Shown in pieces: positions 10,900-22,152 of a DNA stretch of 32,000 nucleotides. A program made the position numbers and the translations under genes. A model generated the notes under the pieces. That model saw only the letters and a program-made list of their open reading frames with translations, was not told where the DNA came from and made no database searches. Location: NCBI GenBank assembly GCA_000008885.1, contig BA000021.3, forward strand, positions 90,001 through 122,000. The letters run 5' to 3'. Source of the DNA: Wigglesworthia glossinidia endosymbiont of Glossina brevipalpis. GTDB lineage: Bacteria > Pseudomonadota > Gammaproteobacteria > Enterobacterales > Enterobacteriaceae. How positions within the stretch are numbered: position 1 is the stretch's first letter; every line of letters starts with the position of its first letter.

Positions 10900-11590
10900 G
10901 TTTATAGTAATAGAAGGTTTAGAAGGATCTGGAAAAACTAATGCGATTTCAAAAATAGTTAATTTATTAAATAAGCAAGGAATAAAAAATGTTATTTTCA
11001 CAAGAGAACCTGGAGGCACCCCATTAGCTGAATCACTAAGAACTTTAATAAAGGAAGGAGTAGGTTATGAAAAAATTACTGATAATGCAGAATTATTAAT
11101 GATATATGCAGCTAGAATACAATTAGTAGAAAGTGTAATAAAACCAGCTCTTGAAAATGGATCTTGGGTAGTAGGAGATCGTCATGATTTATCTTCATTA
11201 GCATATCAAGGAGGAGGAAGAAAAATAGATACAAAAATATTAAAAATGTTAAGAGAAGTTTTTTTGAGAGATTTTTATCCAGATTTAACTTTTTATTTAG
11301 ATATTCCACCTATAATGGGATTAGCTAGGATTAGAGCAAGGGCAACCGTAAGAGCTCAAATTAGAGATAAAGTAAATAAAATAAAAAGAAATCATTCTCA
11401 TGATATAAAAAACGCTTTAGATAGAATAGAAGTTGAACCTATTTCCTTTTTTGATAGAACAAGAAAAAAATACAAAGAATTAGCTTCTAAAAATGAAAAA
11501 ATTATAACAATAGATGCAAGCAAATCTTTAGAATTAGTAAATAAAGAAATCAAACACCAATTATTAAAATGGTTGAAAAAACAAATTTAA
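10886..11590 (+). CDS. tmk: Thymidylate kinase
   Basis: [15 protein letters not shown]-loop, [24 protein letters not shown]. Confidence 0.96.
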
Positions 11591-11593
11591 AAC

Positions 11594-12583
11594 ATGTTAT
11601 ACGAATGGCTTGTAAAACCATATAGAGAAATTATATCTTATTATATAAGATCAAATACATCTTCTGTTATTTTAATACAAAGTAATACAGGATGTGGAAT
11701 AAAAAATCTATATCTTTATATTGTAAAAAGAATTCTATGTTTAAAACCTAATAATTTTATTAGTTGTAATAATTGTAAAAGTTGTAATTTTATTAAAGAA
11801 AATTCACATCCAGATTTTTTTAATATTTTAACTAAAAATTATTTGAAAAATACAATAGGAATAGATGATGTTCGTTTTATTTGCAAAAATTTATTATTAA
11901 ATTCTCATCTAAATAAAGGTAAGGTAATTTTAATAGAAAATCTAGAGAAACTAACTAACCAAGCATCTCATGCATTATTGAAAACATTGGAAGAACCTAC
12001 GATAAAAACATATTTTATATTAGGATGTAAAAATATTTATTGTATTTTGCCTTCAATTATAAGCAGATCTCAAATCTGGAAAGTTATAATAAATAAAAAA
12101 GACAGTCTAAAGTGGTTAGAAAAAAAAGGTCATGATGTAAATTCAAAAAAAGTTATTATTTCTTTAAAACTATGCAACTGGTCTCCAGTTATAGCTAATA
12201 AAATAATTTTATCTAACTTTTGGAAAGAAAGAAAAAAATTAATATTTACTTTAAACAATATATTTTTAAAAAAAGAAATTGCATTTTCTTTATTAGAATA
12301 TTTTAAAAAAATTGATATGTTTTTTTTAATATTAAGATCTCTAATCTTAGACACTATAAAATATAATAGCAATATTATGTTTAATATAATTAATTATGAT
12401 TGTTTTTATCTTATAAAAAACATATCTAAAAATTTTTCTTCTGAATATTTATATGAACAGTGGAAGTTCTTGTTAAATTTTAAAAAATTAAAAAAAGAAA
12501 TACCAAGAATTAACAAAGAAATATTTTTAATAAAAAATATATTAGACTTGCATGAAACTATAATAAAAAGTGGAAATAAATAA
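11594..12583 (+). CDS. holB: DNA polymerase III delta' subunit
   Basis: 329 aa. Zn motif CNNCKSC, HPDFF, LLKTLEEP; positioned between tmk and tatD. Confidence 0.92.
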   Translation: MLYEWLVKPYREIISYYIRSNTSSVILIQSNTGCGIKNLYLYIVKRILCLKPNNFISCNNCKSCNFIKENSHPDFFNILTKNYLKNTIGIDDVRFICKNLLLNSHLNKGKVILIENLEKLTNQASHALLKTLEEPTIKTYFILGCKNIYCILPSIISRSQIWKVIINKKDSLKWLEKKGHDVNSKKVIISLKLCNWSPVIANKIILSNFWKERKKLIFTLNNIFLKKEIAFSLLEYFKKIDMFFLILRSLILDTIKYNSNIMFNIINYDCFYLIKNISKNFSSEYLYEQWKFLLNFKKLKKEIPRINKEIFLIKNILDLHETIIKSGNK

Positions 12584-13377
12584 TGTTTTTAATTGATTCT
12601 CATTGTCATCTTGATTTGTTAATTGATAATAATAAATCAAAAAATAATATTGATGATGTAATATGTAATGCAGAAAAAAAAAATGTAAAATTAATACTTT
12701 CAGTATGTATTTCTATTGATGGATTTTTTAGTATGAAGAAAACATTGAATAATAGAAAAAATGTTTTAATGTCTTGTGGAGTACATCCTTTATATATTGA
12801 TGAAAAATATAATTTTAATGTTTTAAAAAATCTTTCTGATAAAAACTATGTTGTAGCTATAGGAGAAACTGGTTTAGATTTTTCACATGGAAAAAAAAAT
12901 ATATATATTCAAAAAAAAGTATTTATAGATCATATCAATATTAGTAAAAAATTAAAAAAACCTATTATAGTACATACTAGAAATTCAGCAAAAGAATCAT
13001 TCAAAATCTTAAAGGAAAAAAATATTTATCAATCTGGATGTATAATACATTGTTTTACAGAAGATAAAAATATAGCAAAAATGTTTTTAGATATAGGATG
13101 TTATATTTCCTTTTCTGGTATTGTGACCTTTAATAATGCGGAATTAATAAGAGAATCTGTAAAATATGTACCACTTGATAGAATTCTAATAGAAACTGAT
13201 TCTCCTTATTTAACCCCAGTTCCTTATAGGGGGAAAAAAAATCAACCTTCTTATTTATTTTTTATTGCTAAATGTATTTCAAAAATAAAAAAAATAAATT
13301 TAGAACAATTTTCTAAAATTACTTCAAATAATTTTAAAAATTTATTTTCAAATATTTCAATAAATATTGAAAATTAA
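12583..13377 (+). CDS. ycfH: TatD-family metal-dependent hydrolase (YcfH)
   Basis: FLIDSHCHLDLL, GETGLDF, HTRNS, IHCFT, ETDSPYLTP. Confidence 0.94.
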   Translation: MFLIDSHCHLDLLIDNNKSKNNIDDVICNAEKKNVKLILSVCISIDGFFSMKKTLNNRKNVLMSCGVHPLYIDEKYNFNVLKNLSDKNYVVAIGETGLDFSHGKKNIYIQKKVFIDHINISKKLKKPIIVHTRNSAKESFKILKEKNIYQSGCIIHCFTEDKNIAKMFLDIGCYISFSGIVTFNNAELIRESVKYVPLDRILIETDSPYLTPVPYRGKKNQPSYLFFIAKCISKIKKINLEQFSKITSNNFKNLFSNISINIEN

Positions 13378-13419
13378 TTTATAATTATTAATAAATTTTA
13401 AAAATTTAAGGATGTTAAA

Positions 13420-13761
13420 TTGAAAGATAATATTTTTACAAAAATTATTAATAATGAATATCCAGCAGAAATTTTATATAAAAATAAGTATGTAACTGCA
13501 TTTAGAGATATCAATCCTAAAGCTCCAATTCATATCATTATTGTCACAAATGATGTGATACGTACAGTAAACGACATAAAAGAACAACATGCTACAATGT
13601 TGGGTCATTTGTTTATTGCATCTGCAAAAATTGCTAAAAAAGAAAAAATAAATCATGCAGGATATAGATTAATAGTAAATTGTAATAAAGATGGAGGTCA
13701 AGAAATTTATCATTTACATATGCATTTATTAGGCGGGAAAAATCTTGGATGTATATTATGA
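13420..13761 (+). CDS. hinT: HIT-family purine nucleoside phosphoramidase, TTG start
   Basis: FTKIINNEYPAEILY and histidine triad HLHMHLLGGK. AAGGA about 7 nt before TTG. Confidence 0.94.
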   Translation: MKDNIFTKIINNEYPAEILYKNKYVTAFRDINPKAPIHIIIVTNDVIRTVNDIKEQHATMLGHLFIASAKIAKKEKINHAGYRLIVNCNKDGGQEIYHLHMHLLGGKNLGCIL

Positions 13762-13857
13762 TAAAATTAAATTTTAAAATTATTTAAGTATTTTTTAAAT
13801 AAATAATTTTATAAAAAATAAACTATTTTATTAATAAAAATATTTTAAGAGGTTATT

Positions 13858-15165
13858 TTGAATAAAAATAAAAATTTAAAAAAAATTATTATAGTTGGAG
13901 GTGGAGCTGGAGGTTTAGAATTAGTAACCAAATTAGGTAATAATTTAGGAAAAAAAAAATTAGCAAAAATAATATTAGTTGATAATAACTATATACACTT
14001 ATGGAAACCATGGCTTCATAAATTTGCTTCTGGTTCATTAAACGAAGGTACTAATTATATTAGTTATATATCACATGCTAGAAGTAATTATTTTGAATTC
14101 TGCATAGGGAAAATGATAGGAATAGATAGAAATAGAAAAATAATAATATTAGATGATATATTTGACGAAAATGGAAAACAAGTTTTATGCAAAAGAGAAA
14201 TAAATTATGACATTCTTGTAATATCTGTGGGAAGTAAATCTAATTATTTTAATATACCTGGAGTAAAAGAAAATTGTAATTTTATAGATAATATATATCA
14301 AGCTAAAAAATTTCATAAAAAAATGTTTAACTTATTTTTAAAAATTTCTATCAAACCTGATGAAAATAAAAAAAGTAATATATCTATAGTTGGAGGAGGA
14401 GCTACTGGAGTAGAATTATCAGCTGAATTGATTAATTCTATTGAAGAGTTATACAAATATGGATTTCAAGGATTAAATAAAAACTTAATTGAAATTACAT
14501 TAATAGAAATGGGAGAAAGAATTTTATCATCTCTTCCAAAAAGAATTTCAAATATTGTTGATTCAGAATTAAAAAAAATAGGAATAAAAATAATAACAAA
14601 TACTGCAATTATAAAATGTGATGCTAATGGTTTATTTACTAATAACGGTAGTTATATTGAATCAGATATCATGGTATGGGCGGCAGGAATAAAATCTCAA
14701 AAGTTTAATTCATCAATTGATTTAGAAACAAATAATATTAATCAATTTATAGTAAAAAAAACATTGCAAACTACTTTAGATGAAAAAATTTTTGCAATAG
14801 GTGATTGTTCTTGTTTTTTATTAAAAACAGGAGAATATGTACCACCTAGAGCTCAAGCTGCTCATCAAATGGCTAGATGCGTTTATTTAAACATTTTATT
14901 TTTAATAAAAAATAAAAAATTAAATGATTATGTATATAAAGACTATGGATCTTTAATATCTTTATCTAAATTCAAAACAGTTGGAAGTTTTATGGGAAAT
15001 ATGACAAAAAATTCTATTTTTATAGAAGGAATAATTGCTAAATTAGCATATGTTATGTTATATCGTATGCACCAGATATCAGTTAATGGATGCTTGAAAA
15101 CTAGTTTAATGATTTTATCTACAGGTATAGAAAATATCATTAGCCCCAAACTTAAATTACATTAA
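13858..15165 (+). CDS. ndh: Type II NADH dehydrogenase, TTG start
   Basis: 435 aa. Two dinucleotide-binding motifs (IIVGGGAGGLEL, SIVGGGATGVEL) and ..AIGDCS. AGAGG precedes TTG. Confidence 0.92.
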   Translation: MNKNKNLKKIIIVGGGAGGLELVTKLGNNLGKKKLAKIILVDNNYIHLWKPWLHKFASGSLNEGTNYISYISHARSNYFEFCIGKMIGIDRNRKIIILDDIFDENGKQVLCKREINYDILVISVGSKSNYFNIPGVKENCNFIDNIYQAKKFHKKMFNLFLKISIKPDENKKSNISIVGGGATGVELSAELINSIEELYKYGFQGLNKNLIEITLIEMGERILSSLPKRISNIVDSELKKIGIKIITNTAIIKCDANGLFTNNGSYIESDIMVWAAGIKSQKFNSSIDLETNNINQFIVKKTLQTTLDEKIFAIGDCSCFLLKTGEYVPPRAQAAHQMARCVYLNILFLIKNKKLNDYVYKDYGSLISLSKFKTVGSFMGNMTKNSIFIEGIIAKLAYVMLYRMHQISVNGCLKTSLMILSTGIENIISPKLKLH

Positions 15166-15178
15166 TAATAATGAATTT

Positions 15179-17236
15179 TTATTTAATATAATTTAAGAAA
15201 TTTTTTATATAATCGATCTTTTCTTCATGACTTTTAGTTAAATATTTAATTCTTAATTTTGTTTGTGAAATTATTTTATATATTTTAGGATAATTTTTTA
15301 ATAGTCTTATAAAAGATTCGTAATTAATTGAATTGTTTTTATTAAATTCAACAAAACCTCCTTTAAAATTTATATTTATTATTTTTATACCAATAAAATT
15401 GGCTTTTTGTCTTATATAAGCTATTTCGATCAAATAACATACAGATTTTGGAAGTTTTCCGAATTTACTTGTTATTATATTTTTTAAATTATTAATTTCT
15501 GATTTAGTTTCACTAAAAAATTTTTTATAATAAAACAAACGTATAGAAACATCTGGAATATATGAATCAGGAATAAAAGCTGGAATATTTAAATTAACTT
15601 CTGTAAAGTTTTCTTTTATTGTTTCAAGAGATAGCTCTTTTCCAGATTTAATTAATTTTATAGATTTTTTTAAAAGTTTATTATATAAAGATATTCCAAT
15701 AGAATTAATTTTTCCACTTTGTTTAGATCCTAATAGTTCTCCAGATCCTCTTATTTCTAAATCATTTATTGATAAAGAAAATCCAGATCCTAATTTATTT
15801 ATAGAAGAAATTGCTTCTAATCTTTTTTTAGAATTTTCATTTAATGAATTTGATTTAGAAGTAAATAAATAAGCATACGCTTGCCTAAAAGATCTTCCTA
15901 CTCTTCCTCTAAGTTGATTGAGTTGAGCCAATCCAAATTGATTTGCTTTTTCTATTATTATTGTATTTGCATTGGCAATATCAATTCCGGTTTCAATTAT
16001 TGAAGTACATACTAACATATCAAATTTATTTTCTTTAAAATCTTGCATTGTTTTTTTTAATAGATTTTTGCACATTTTCGAATGACTTATTTTTATTCTA
16101 ACTTTTGGCGCTATTTTTTTTAAGATTTTTGAAGTTTCATTTATAGTTGAAATGTTATTATGTAAATAATATATTTGACCTTTTCTAGATAATTCATTTT
16201 TAATAGCTTTTTTTATAATATCTTTGTTATATTCATAAATAAAAGTTTTTACAGGTAGACGATATTTTGGAGGAGTCGATATTATGGATAAATCACGTAA
16301 TCCATTCATTGCCATATTTAATGTTCTTGGTATAGGTGTGGCTGTAAGAGACAATACATCAACTCCAGTTCTTACAGTTTTTATACATTCTTTTTGAGAA
16401 ACTCCAAATCTATGTTCTTCATCTATAATTAATAATCCTAAATCTTTCCAAATAATATCCTTTTGTAAAATTCTATGAGTTCCTATAAGAATGTCTATTT
16501 CTCCAATTAAAATCATTTTTATTACTTTGTTTTGTTCTTTTTTATTTAAAAATCTAGATAAAATTGAAATTTTTATAGGCCATTTTTTAAATCTTAATTT
16601 GAAGTTATCAAAATGTTGTTGAGATAGAAGAGTCGTGGGAGTTAATAAAGATACTTGTTTCTTGTTTTGAATAGCTATAAATGCAGCTCTCATAGCAATT
16701 TCTGTTTTTCCAAACCCTACATCTCCACATATCAATCTATTCATGACTGAACTTTTTTTCATATCATCTATAACTTCTAGAATAGCTTTATTTTGATCTT
16801 GAGTTAGATCAAAATTGCATTCATTGCAAAATAATTTATATTTATTGAATTTTAATTCAAAAGAAAATCCTTTTTTAGACAATCTTTCAGATGCATTGTC
16901 TAATATTTCAACTGCTATATCATTTATTTTTTTTATTATTTTTTTGCTATATTTTTTCCAAGTATCAGATCCAAGTTTATCTAAAATTATTAGATTGGAA
17001 TCATAATTATTTTTTTTATATTTACTTATTAAATGCAAAGAAGTAAAAGGCAAGTACAAAATATCATTTTCAGCATATTGAATAACCATGTATTCATTTT
17101 TTATTCCACTTGTTTCTATAAACTTAGTACCTATATATTTTCCTATACCATGATCAATATGAATAATAAAATCTCCAGATATAAATTCAATATCTGAAGA
17201 AAAATTTTTAACATCTATATTTTTTGTAATATTCAT
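15179..17236 (-). CDS. mfd: Transcription-repair coupling factor, N-terminally truncated
   Basis: 685 aa starting just before the RNAP-interaction domain (DFIIHIDHGIGKYIG). RecG-like helicase motifs CGDVGFGKTEIAMRAAF, DEEHRFG, LTATPIPRTL, and the C-terminal TRCF domain. Confidence 0.93.
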   Translation of the reverse strand: MNITKNIDVKNFSSDIEFISGDFIIHIDHGIGKYIGTKFIETSGIKNEYMVIQYAENDILYLPFTSLHLISKYKKNNYDSNLIILDKLGSDTWKKYSKKIIKKINDIAVEILDNASERLSKKGFSFELKFNKYKLFCNECNFDLTQDQNKAILEVIDDMKKSSVMNRLICGDVGFGKTEIAMRAAFIAIQNKKQVSLLTPTTLLSQQHFDNFKLRFKKWPIKISILSRFLNKKEQNKVIKMILIGEIDILIGTHRILQKDIIWKDLGLLIIDEEHRFGVSQKECIKTVRTGVDVLSLTATPIPRTLNMAMNGLRDLSIISTPPKYRLPVKTFIYEYNKDIIKKAIKNELSRKGQIYYLHNNISTINETSKILKKIAPKVRIKISHSKMCKNLLKKTMQDFKENKFDMLVCTSIIETGIDIANANTIIIEKANQFGLAQLNQLRGRVGRSFRQAYAYLFTSKSNSLNENSKKRLEAISSINKLGSGFSLSINDLEIRGSGELLGSKQSGKINSIGISLYNKLLKKSIKLIKSGKELSLETIKENFTEVNLNIPAFIPDSYIPDVSIRLFYYKKFFSETKSEINNLKNIITSKFGKLPKSVCYLIEIAYIRQKANFIGIKIININFKGGFVEFNKNNSINYESFIRLLKNYPKIYKIISQTKLRIKYLTKSHEEKIDYIKNFLNYIK

Positions 17237-17486
17237 TAATATAATTTTTATTTATTTTTTATTTTTAATATAAAAATTTAACAAATATATTTTAAAATAA
17301 ATTAATTTATTAAAACAAATAAATGATAAAAATATAAACTTTTGTTAAAATATTTGATATTTTATATATTAATATTTAATTAAAAAAATAAATTAATTTT
17401 ATTCAAAATTATTTAAATTTTTTTAAATTAAATATTAATAGATTTTACAATATAGATATTTAAATAAAATTCAATACTTTTATAAA

Positions 17487-18692
17487 ATGTATAAACCAGT
17501 TTTTTTGTATATAGGTATAAGATACATTATATGTAACTCATTTAATAAATATAATAAATTTACTTCTTGGATATCTTTTTTAAGTATAGTAATTGGAACT
17601 TCTTCATTAATATTAATTACTTCTGTTATACAAGGATTCGAGTTAGATTTAGAAAAGTATATGTTAAAATTTATACCTCATGTAATTTTATATAGCAATG
17701 ATAATTTTTATGAAAAAAAAAATAGAATTAAATATGAATTAAATAAAAATTGTAGTGAAATTAACCAAGTATCTGAATTTATATCGACTAATGTTATTAT
17801 ACAAAGTAATTATAACTTAAATTATGGAAATGTTTTTGGAGTAAATATAGAAGATGAAGATCAATTTTTGAATAGTATAGGAAAAAAAAAAATAGAAAAA
17901 TTATTACCAGATCAATATGGAATAATATTGGGATACGAATTAGCAAAATCTTTAAATGTATACAAAAATAGCAAAATAAGAATGATTTTTATAGAAAAAA
18001 ATAATTTTACTATATTAGGACCTGTTCCAACTCAAAGAGTTTTTACAGTAATTGATATATTTCATACAAACAGCGAAGTAGATCAATACCAAATATTGAT
18101 GAATAAAAAAGATCTAAAAAAAATTATGAAAAATAATTTTGAATATAAATATAATTGGAGATTATGGTTAAAACATCCATTAGAAATAAATAAATCTTGC
18201 ATTATCTCTTGTTTTCCTGGTAATTATAATTACAAAGATTGGAGAGAAGACAAAGGAGATTTATTTAATGCTATCAATATAGAAAAAAATGTTATGTTTT
18301 TATTTTTGAGCTTGATAATAATATTATCAATATTTAATATATTCATATCTATTTCTATAGAAATTATACAAAAAAAGAAAGAAATTGCTATTCTTAAAAC
18401 TTATGGTTTTAATAAAATTAGTATATTTTTTACTTTTATTATTTATGGTTCTTTAATAAGTATTATTGGAACAATAATAGGAACTATATTAGGAGTATTT
18501 ATTTCTTCAAATTTAAACAATATTTTGTTTAAATTAAACATTATTAATGACTTTATTTTTTTTCCAAAAATAAATTATTTTTATATATTTAAAATTAACT
18601 TATTTTTTATTATTTTTACTATTATTTCTATAATATACCCTTCTTATAAAGCTGTTATGATTAATTCTTCAAAAACTCTTAAATATGAATAA
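17487..18692 (+). CDS. lolC: Lipoprotein-releasing system permease LolC
   Basis: 401 aa. MYKPVFLYIGIRYI, SWISFLSIVIGTSSL, VPTQRVFTVI; first gene of lolCDE. Confidence 0.93.
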   Translation: MYKPVFLYIGIRYIICNSFNKYNKFTSWISFLSIVIGTSSLILITSVIQGFELDLEKYMLKFIPHVILYSNDNFYEKKNRIKYELNKNCSEINQVSEFISTNVIIQSNYNLNYGNVFGVNIEDEDQFLNSIGKKKIEKLLPDQYGIILGYELAKSLNVYKNSKIRMIFIEKNNFTILGPVPTQRVFTVIDIFHTNSEVDQYQILMNKKDLKKIMKNNFEYKYNWRLWLKHPLEINKSCIISCFPGNYNYKDWREDKGDLFNAINIEKNVMFLFLSLIIILSIFNIFISISIEIIQKKKEIAILKTYGFNKISIFFTFIIYGSLISIIGTIIGTILGVFISSNLNNILFKLNIINDFIFFPKINYFYIFKINLFFIIFTIISIIYPSYKAVMINSSKTLKYE

Positions 18693-19374
18693 TATGGTTT
18701 TATTAAAATGTAAAAATGTTACAAAAACATACAAAACAAATAAAAAAAAAATTATTATATTAAATAATATTAATCTATCTATTTATAATTCAGAAACTAT
18801 ATCAATAATTGGAGATTCTGGATCGGGGAAAAGTACTTTATTATATTTACTTAGCGGATTAGATAATCCTACTACAGGAAAAATAACGTTCAAAGGAAAA
18901 GAAATAAATAAATTATCTTCTTCAGATCGTTCTTATTTAAGAAATAAAAATTTTGGATTTATTTATCAGTTTCATCATCTTCTTACAGACTTTTCTGTAT
19001 TGGAGAATGTAGCTATGCCAGCTTTGATTGGAAATTTTAGTGTAAAACATGCTAAAAATTTAGCTTATAAATTATTATTAGAAGTTGGATTAAAAAATAG
19101 AATAAACCATAAACCTAGTGAAATTTCTGGAGGAGAAAGGCAAAGAGCAGCAATTGCAAGATCTTTAATAAATAATCCAAAAATAGTTTTTGCAGATGAA
19201 CCTACAGGAAATTTAGATAATACATCTTCTAAAAAATTTTTTTGTTTGTTAAAAAAAGTTAATGTAGAAAAAAAAACTGCATTTTTAGTTGTTACTCATA
19301 ATATTAAATTAGCAAAAAAATTAGATAAAACATTAGAGATTAAAAATGGAAAATTATACAAAAAAAATTTATAA
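18685..19374 (+). CDS. lolD: Lipoprotein-releasing system ATP-binding protein LolD
   Basis: Walker A GDSGSGKSTL, signature SGGERQRAAIARSL, Walker B IVFADEPTGNLD. Confidence 0.96.
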   Translation: MNNMVLLKCKNVTKTYKTNKKKIIILNNINLSIYNSETISIIGDSGSGKSTLLYLLSGLDNPTTGKITFKGKEINKLSSSDRSYLRNKNFGFIYQFHHLLTDFSVLENVAMPALIGNFSVKHAKNLAYKLLLEVGLKNRINHKPSEISGGERQRAAIARSLINNPKIVFADEPTGNLDNTSSKKFFCLLKKVNVEKKTAFLVVTHNIKLAKKLDKTLEIKNGKLYKKNL

Positions 19375-20625
19375 AAAAATTTTTTTTAATTTTTTATTAT
19401 CTTTTAGGATTGCCTTTATTTTTAATAAAGGATTAAAAAAAGAAAATATGACTTATTTTGTTTTTTATTCGTTGGTATTTGGAATTGCTTTAAGCGTAAC
19501 TTTTAGTATATTATCTTTAGGTGTAGTAAATGGATTTGAAAGTGAATTAAAAAATAAAATTTTAAATATCATCCCTCATATAGAAGTTAATTTTTTAAAT
19601 AAAAACCAAATTAATTTGGAAAATATAAAAAAAAAATTAATAATATTTCTGGAGTAATTTCTAATTATTCTTATTTAGATTTTTCTGGATTAGTTCAAAA
19701 TAAAAAAAAGCTAGAAGTAATTTTTGTAAGAGCTATTGACGATCATGATTTTGATAAATATAAATATTTTTTATATGAAAAAAATAAAAATATTTTATAT
19801 AAATTAAATAAAAATAATAACTCAGTGGTTATAGGATCAGGAATAGCTAAAAAATTAAATTTAAATATAGGAGATAAATTATCAATTATTATATCTAATA
19901 ATTTAAATAATAAATTTTTATTACCTAGAACAATTGAATTAAATGTAGTTGATATTATTTCTTTTTTTAGTCAATTAGATTACCAGTTTGCAGTTGTTTC
20001 TTTATCTTCTGCGCAAAAATATCTTTATAGAGAAAATGAAATAGATGGTATTAGTATAAATGTAAAAAATATTTTTAATTTAGAGAAAATAATAAAAGAA
20101 ATAAAAAAAACAAATGAAAAAGAACAAATTAAAATTGAAACATGGATTTCAAAATACGGTTATATGTATAAAGATATAAATAAAATTAGAATTATTGTTT
20201 ATTTATCTATGTTTTTAATGATTTTAATTTCTTCTTCTAGCATTATTATAATCACAACTGCTTTGGTAAAAAGAAAAAAAAAAGATATTGCAATGCTATA
20301 TACATTAGGAGCAAAGAAAAGTTTTATATATAATATATTTTTATGTAATGGTATATTTTATGGATCTATAGGATCTACTATAGGAGTAATATTTGGATTG
20401 ATATTATCAAATAATTTTAATTTAATAATAAAAAAAATAGAAAATTTATTTAATTTTAAAATAATATCTAATAAAGTTTATTTTATTGATTTTGTTCCAA
20501 TAAAAATATTTTATATTGATATTTTTTTTATATTTTGTTTTTCTTTTACATTAATATGTATTTCAAGTTTATTTTCTGCAATAAAAATAATTAATAGTAA
20601 TTATATTAAATCACTAATATCATAA
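19346..20625 (+). CDS. lolE: Lipoprotein-releasing system permease LolE, frame interrupted at an A10 tract (19627-19636)
   Basis: ORF 19346..19657 (SLGVVNGFESELKNKILNIIPHIEV) continues in the -1 frame as INNISGVISNYSYLDFSGLVQNKKKLEVIFVRAIDDHD... and joins ORF 19825..20625 (IETWISKYGYMYKDINKIRIIVYLSM...TLGAKKSFIYNIF). One extra A makes a single ORF. Confidence 0.9.
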
Positions 20626-20646
20626 AAATTATTTATTTTAATAATT

Positions 20647-22041
20647 TTATTTATCGATATTATTAAAATATTTTTCTATACAATCAACTAACAAAGTTGA
20701 TAAACCAATATATTTTTCAGGTGTAATATTTTTTAAAATATTTTTATCACTATTTTTAATTTTCAAATTTTCTACAAAACTTTTCAAAGTTTCAGGATCT
20801 AGATCTTTTTTGATTAAAAAATCTTTTACTAACTCATAAGAATTTTTAATTTTATTCCTGCGCATCAAAGTTTGGATAGGTTCTGAAAGAACTTCCCAAT
20901 GAGATCTTAAATCAGATTTTATATTAAATTTATTAATTTCTAAATTTGAAATTCCATTTAAAAATTTTTTATATGCAATAAAAGAATAGCTTATCGCTAA
21001 TCCTATATTTCTTAAAGAAGTAGAATCAGTCAAATCTCTTTGCCATCTAGATATTGATAATTTATTAGATAAATGATTTAAAATAGCATTAGATAATTCT
21101 AAATTTCCTTCAGAATTTTCAAAATCTATTGGATTTATTTTGTGAGGCATAACAGAAGATCCAATTTTACCTTTATTATATTTGTTCTTAAAAAAATTAA
21201 TAGATAAATACCCCCATATGTCTCTGTTAAAATTTATTAAAATATTATTAAATCTAGAAAAACAATGCAATATTTCTGATATATAATCATGAGGCTCAAT
21301 CTGAGTAGTAAACAAATTTAGTTCTATTCCAAGACTATTTACAAATTCTTTGCTAAAATTAATCCAATCAACATTAGGGTAAGAAATAAAATGAGCATTA
21401 TAATTTCCAACAGTTCCATTTATTTTACCAAGAATTTTAATTTTTTTTAATTGATTAAATTGTCTTATCAATCTATAAGAAAAGTTACAAAATTCTTTTC
21501 CTAATGTAGATGGAGTTGCAGGCTGACCGTGAGTTCTAGATATTATTGGAAAATTTTTATATTTTTTAGAAAAAGAAACAATATTTTTAATTATTTTATA
21601 CCAAATTGGAATTATTATTTCATTTCTTGTTTTGATTATCATCAAAGCATATGAAAGATTATTTATATCTTCAGATGTACATGCAAAATGTATAAATTCT
21701 TTTTTTTCATCTAAACTTTTCATTAAAGAAAATTTTTTCTTTAAAAAATACTCTACTGCTTTAATATCATGATTAGTTTTACGCTCAATATTTTTTATTT
21801 CTATAGCATCTTTCAAGCTAAAATTATTTAAAATGTTATTTAAAAAAATTTTTTCTTCAGAAATTAGAGGTTCAATATCATTAATTTTTTCACATTCAGA
21901 GATTTTTTTAAACCATTCTATTTCAATAATTAATCTATATTTTAACAAACTAAATTCGCTAAAAATATTTCTAAGTGATTTAACATATTCAAAATATCTA
22001 CCATCTACAGGAGAAATTGCAGTTAAATGAGATAATTTCAT
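20647..22041 (-). CDS. purB: Adenylosuccinate lyase
   Basis: MKLSHLTAISPVDGRY and signature GSSVMPHKINPIDFENSEGN. Confidence 0.97.
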   Translation of the reverse strand: MKLSHLTAISPVDGRYFEYVKSLRNIFSEFSLLKYRLIIEIEWFKKISECEKINDIEPLISEEKIFLNNILNNFSLKDAIEIKNIERKTNHDIKAVEYFLKKKFSLMKSLDEKKEFIHFACTSEDINNLSYALMIIKTRNEIIIPIWYKIIKNIVSFSKKYKNFPIISRTHGQPATPSTLGKEFCNFSYRLIRQFNQLKKIKILGKINGTVGNYNAHFISYPNVDWINFSKEFVNSLGIELNLFTTQIEPHDYISEILHCFSRFNNILINFNRDIWGYLSINFFKNKYNKGKIGSSVMPHKINPIDFENSEGNLELSNAILNHLSNKLSISRWQRDLTDSTSLRNIGLAISYSFIAYKKFLNGISNLEINKFNIKSDLRSHWEVLSEPIQTLMRRNKIKNSYELVKDFLIKKDLDPETLKSFVENLKIKNSDKNILKNITPEKYIGLSTLLVDCIEKYFNNIDK

Positions 22042-22152
22042 ATAAAATGGCCTAAAAAAAAATAATTTTAAATATACTGATAAAAAAATTTTTTTGCAAA
22101 AAAAAATTACTTATTAATAAAAATTTTTAATTTAAAAAATTAAAGTTTTAAA

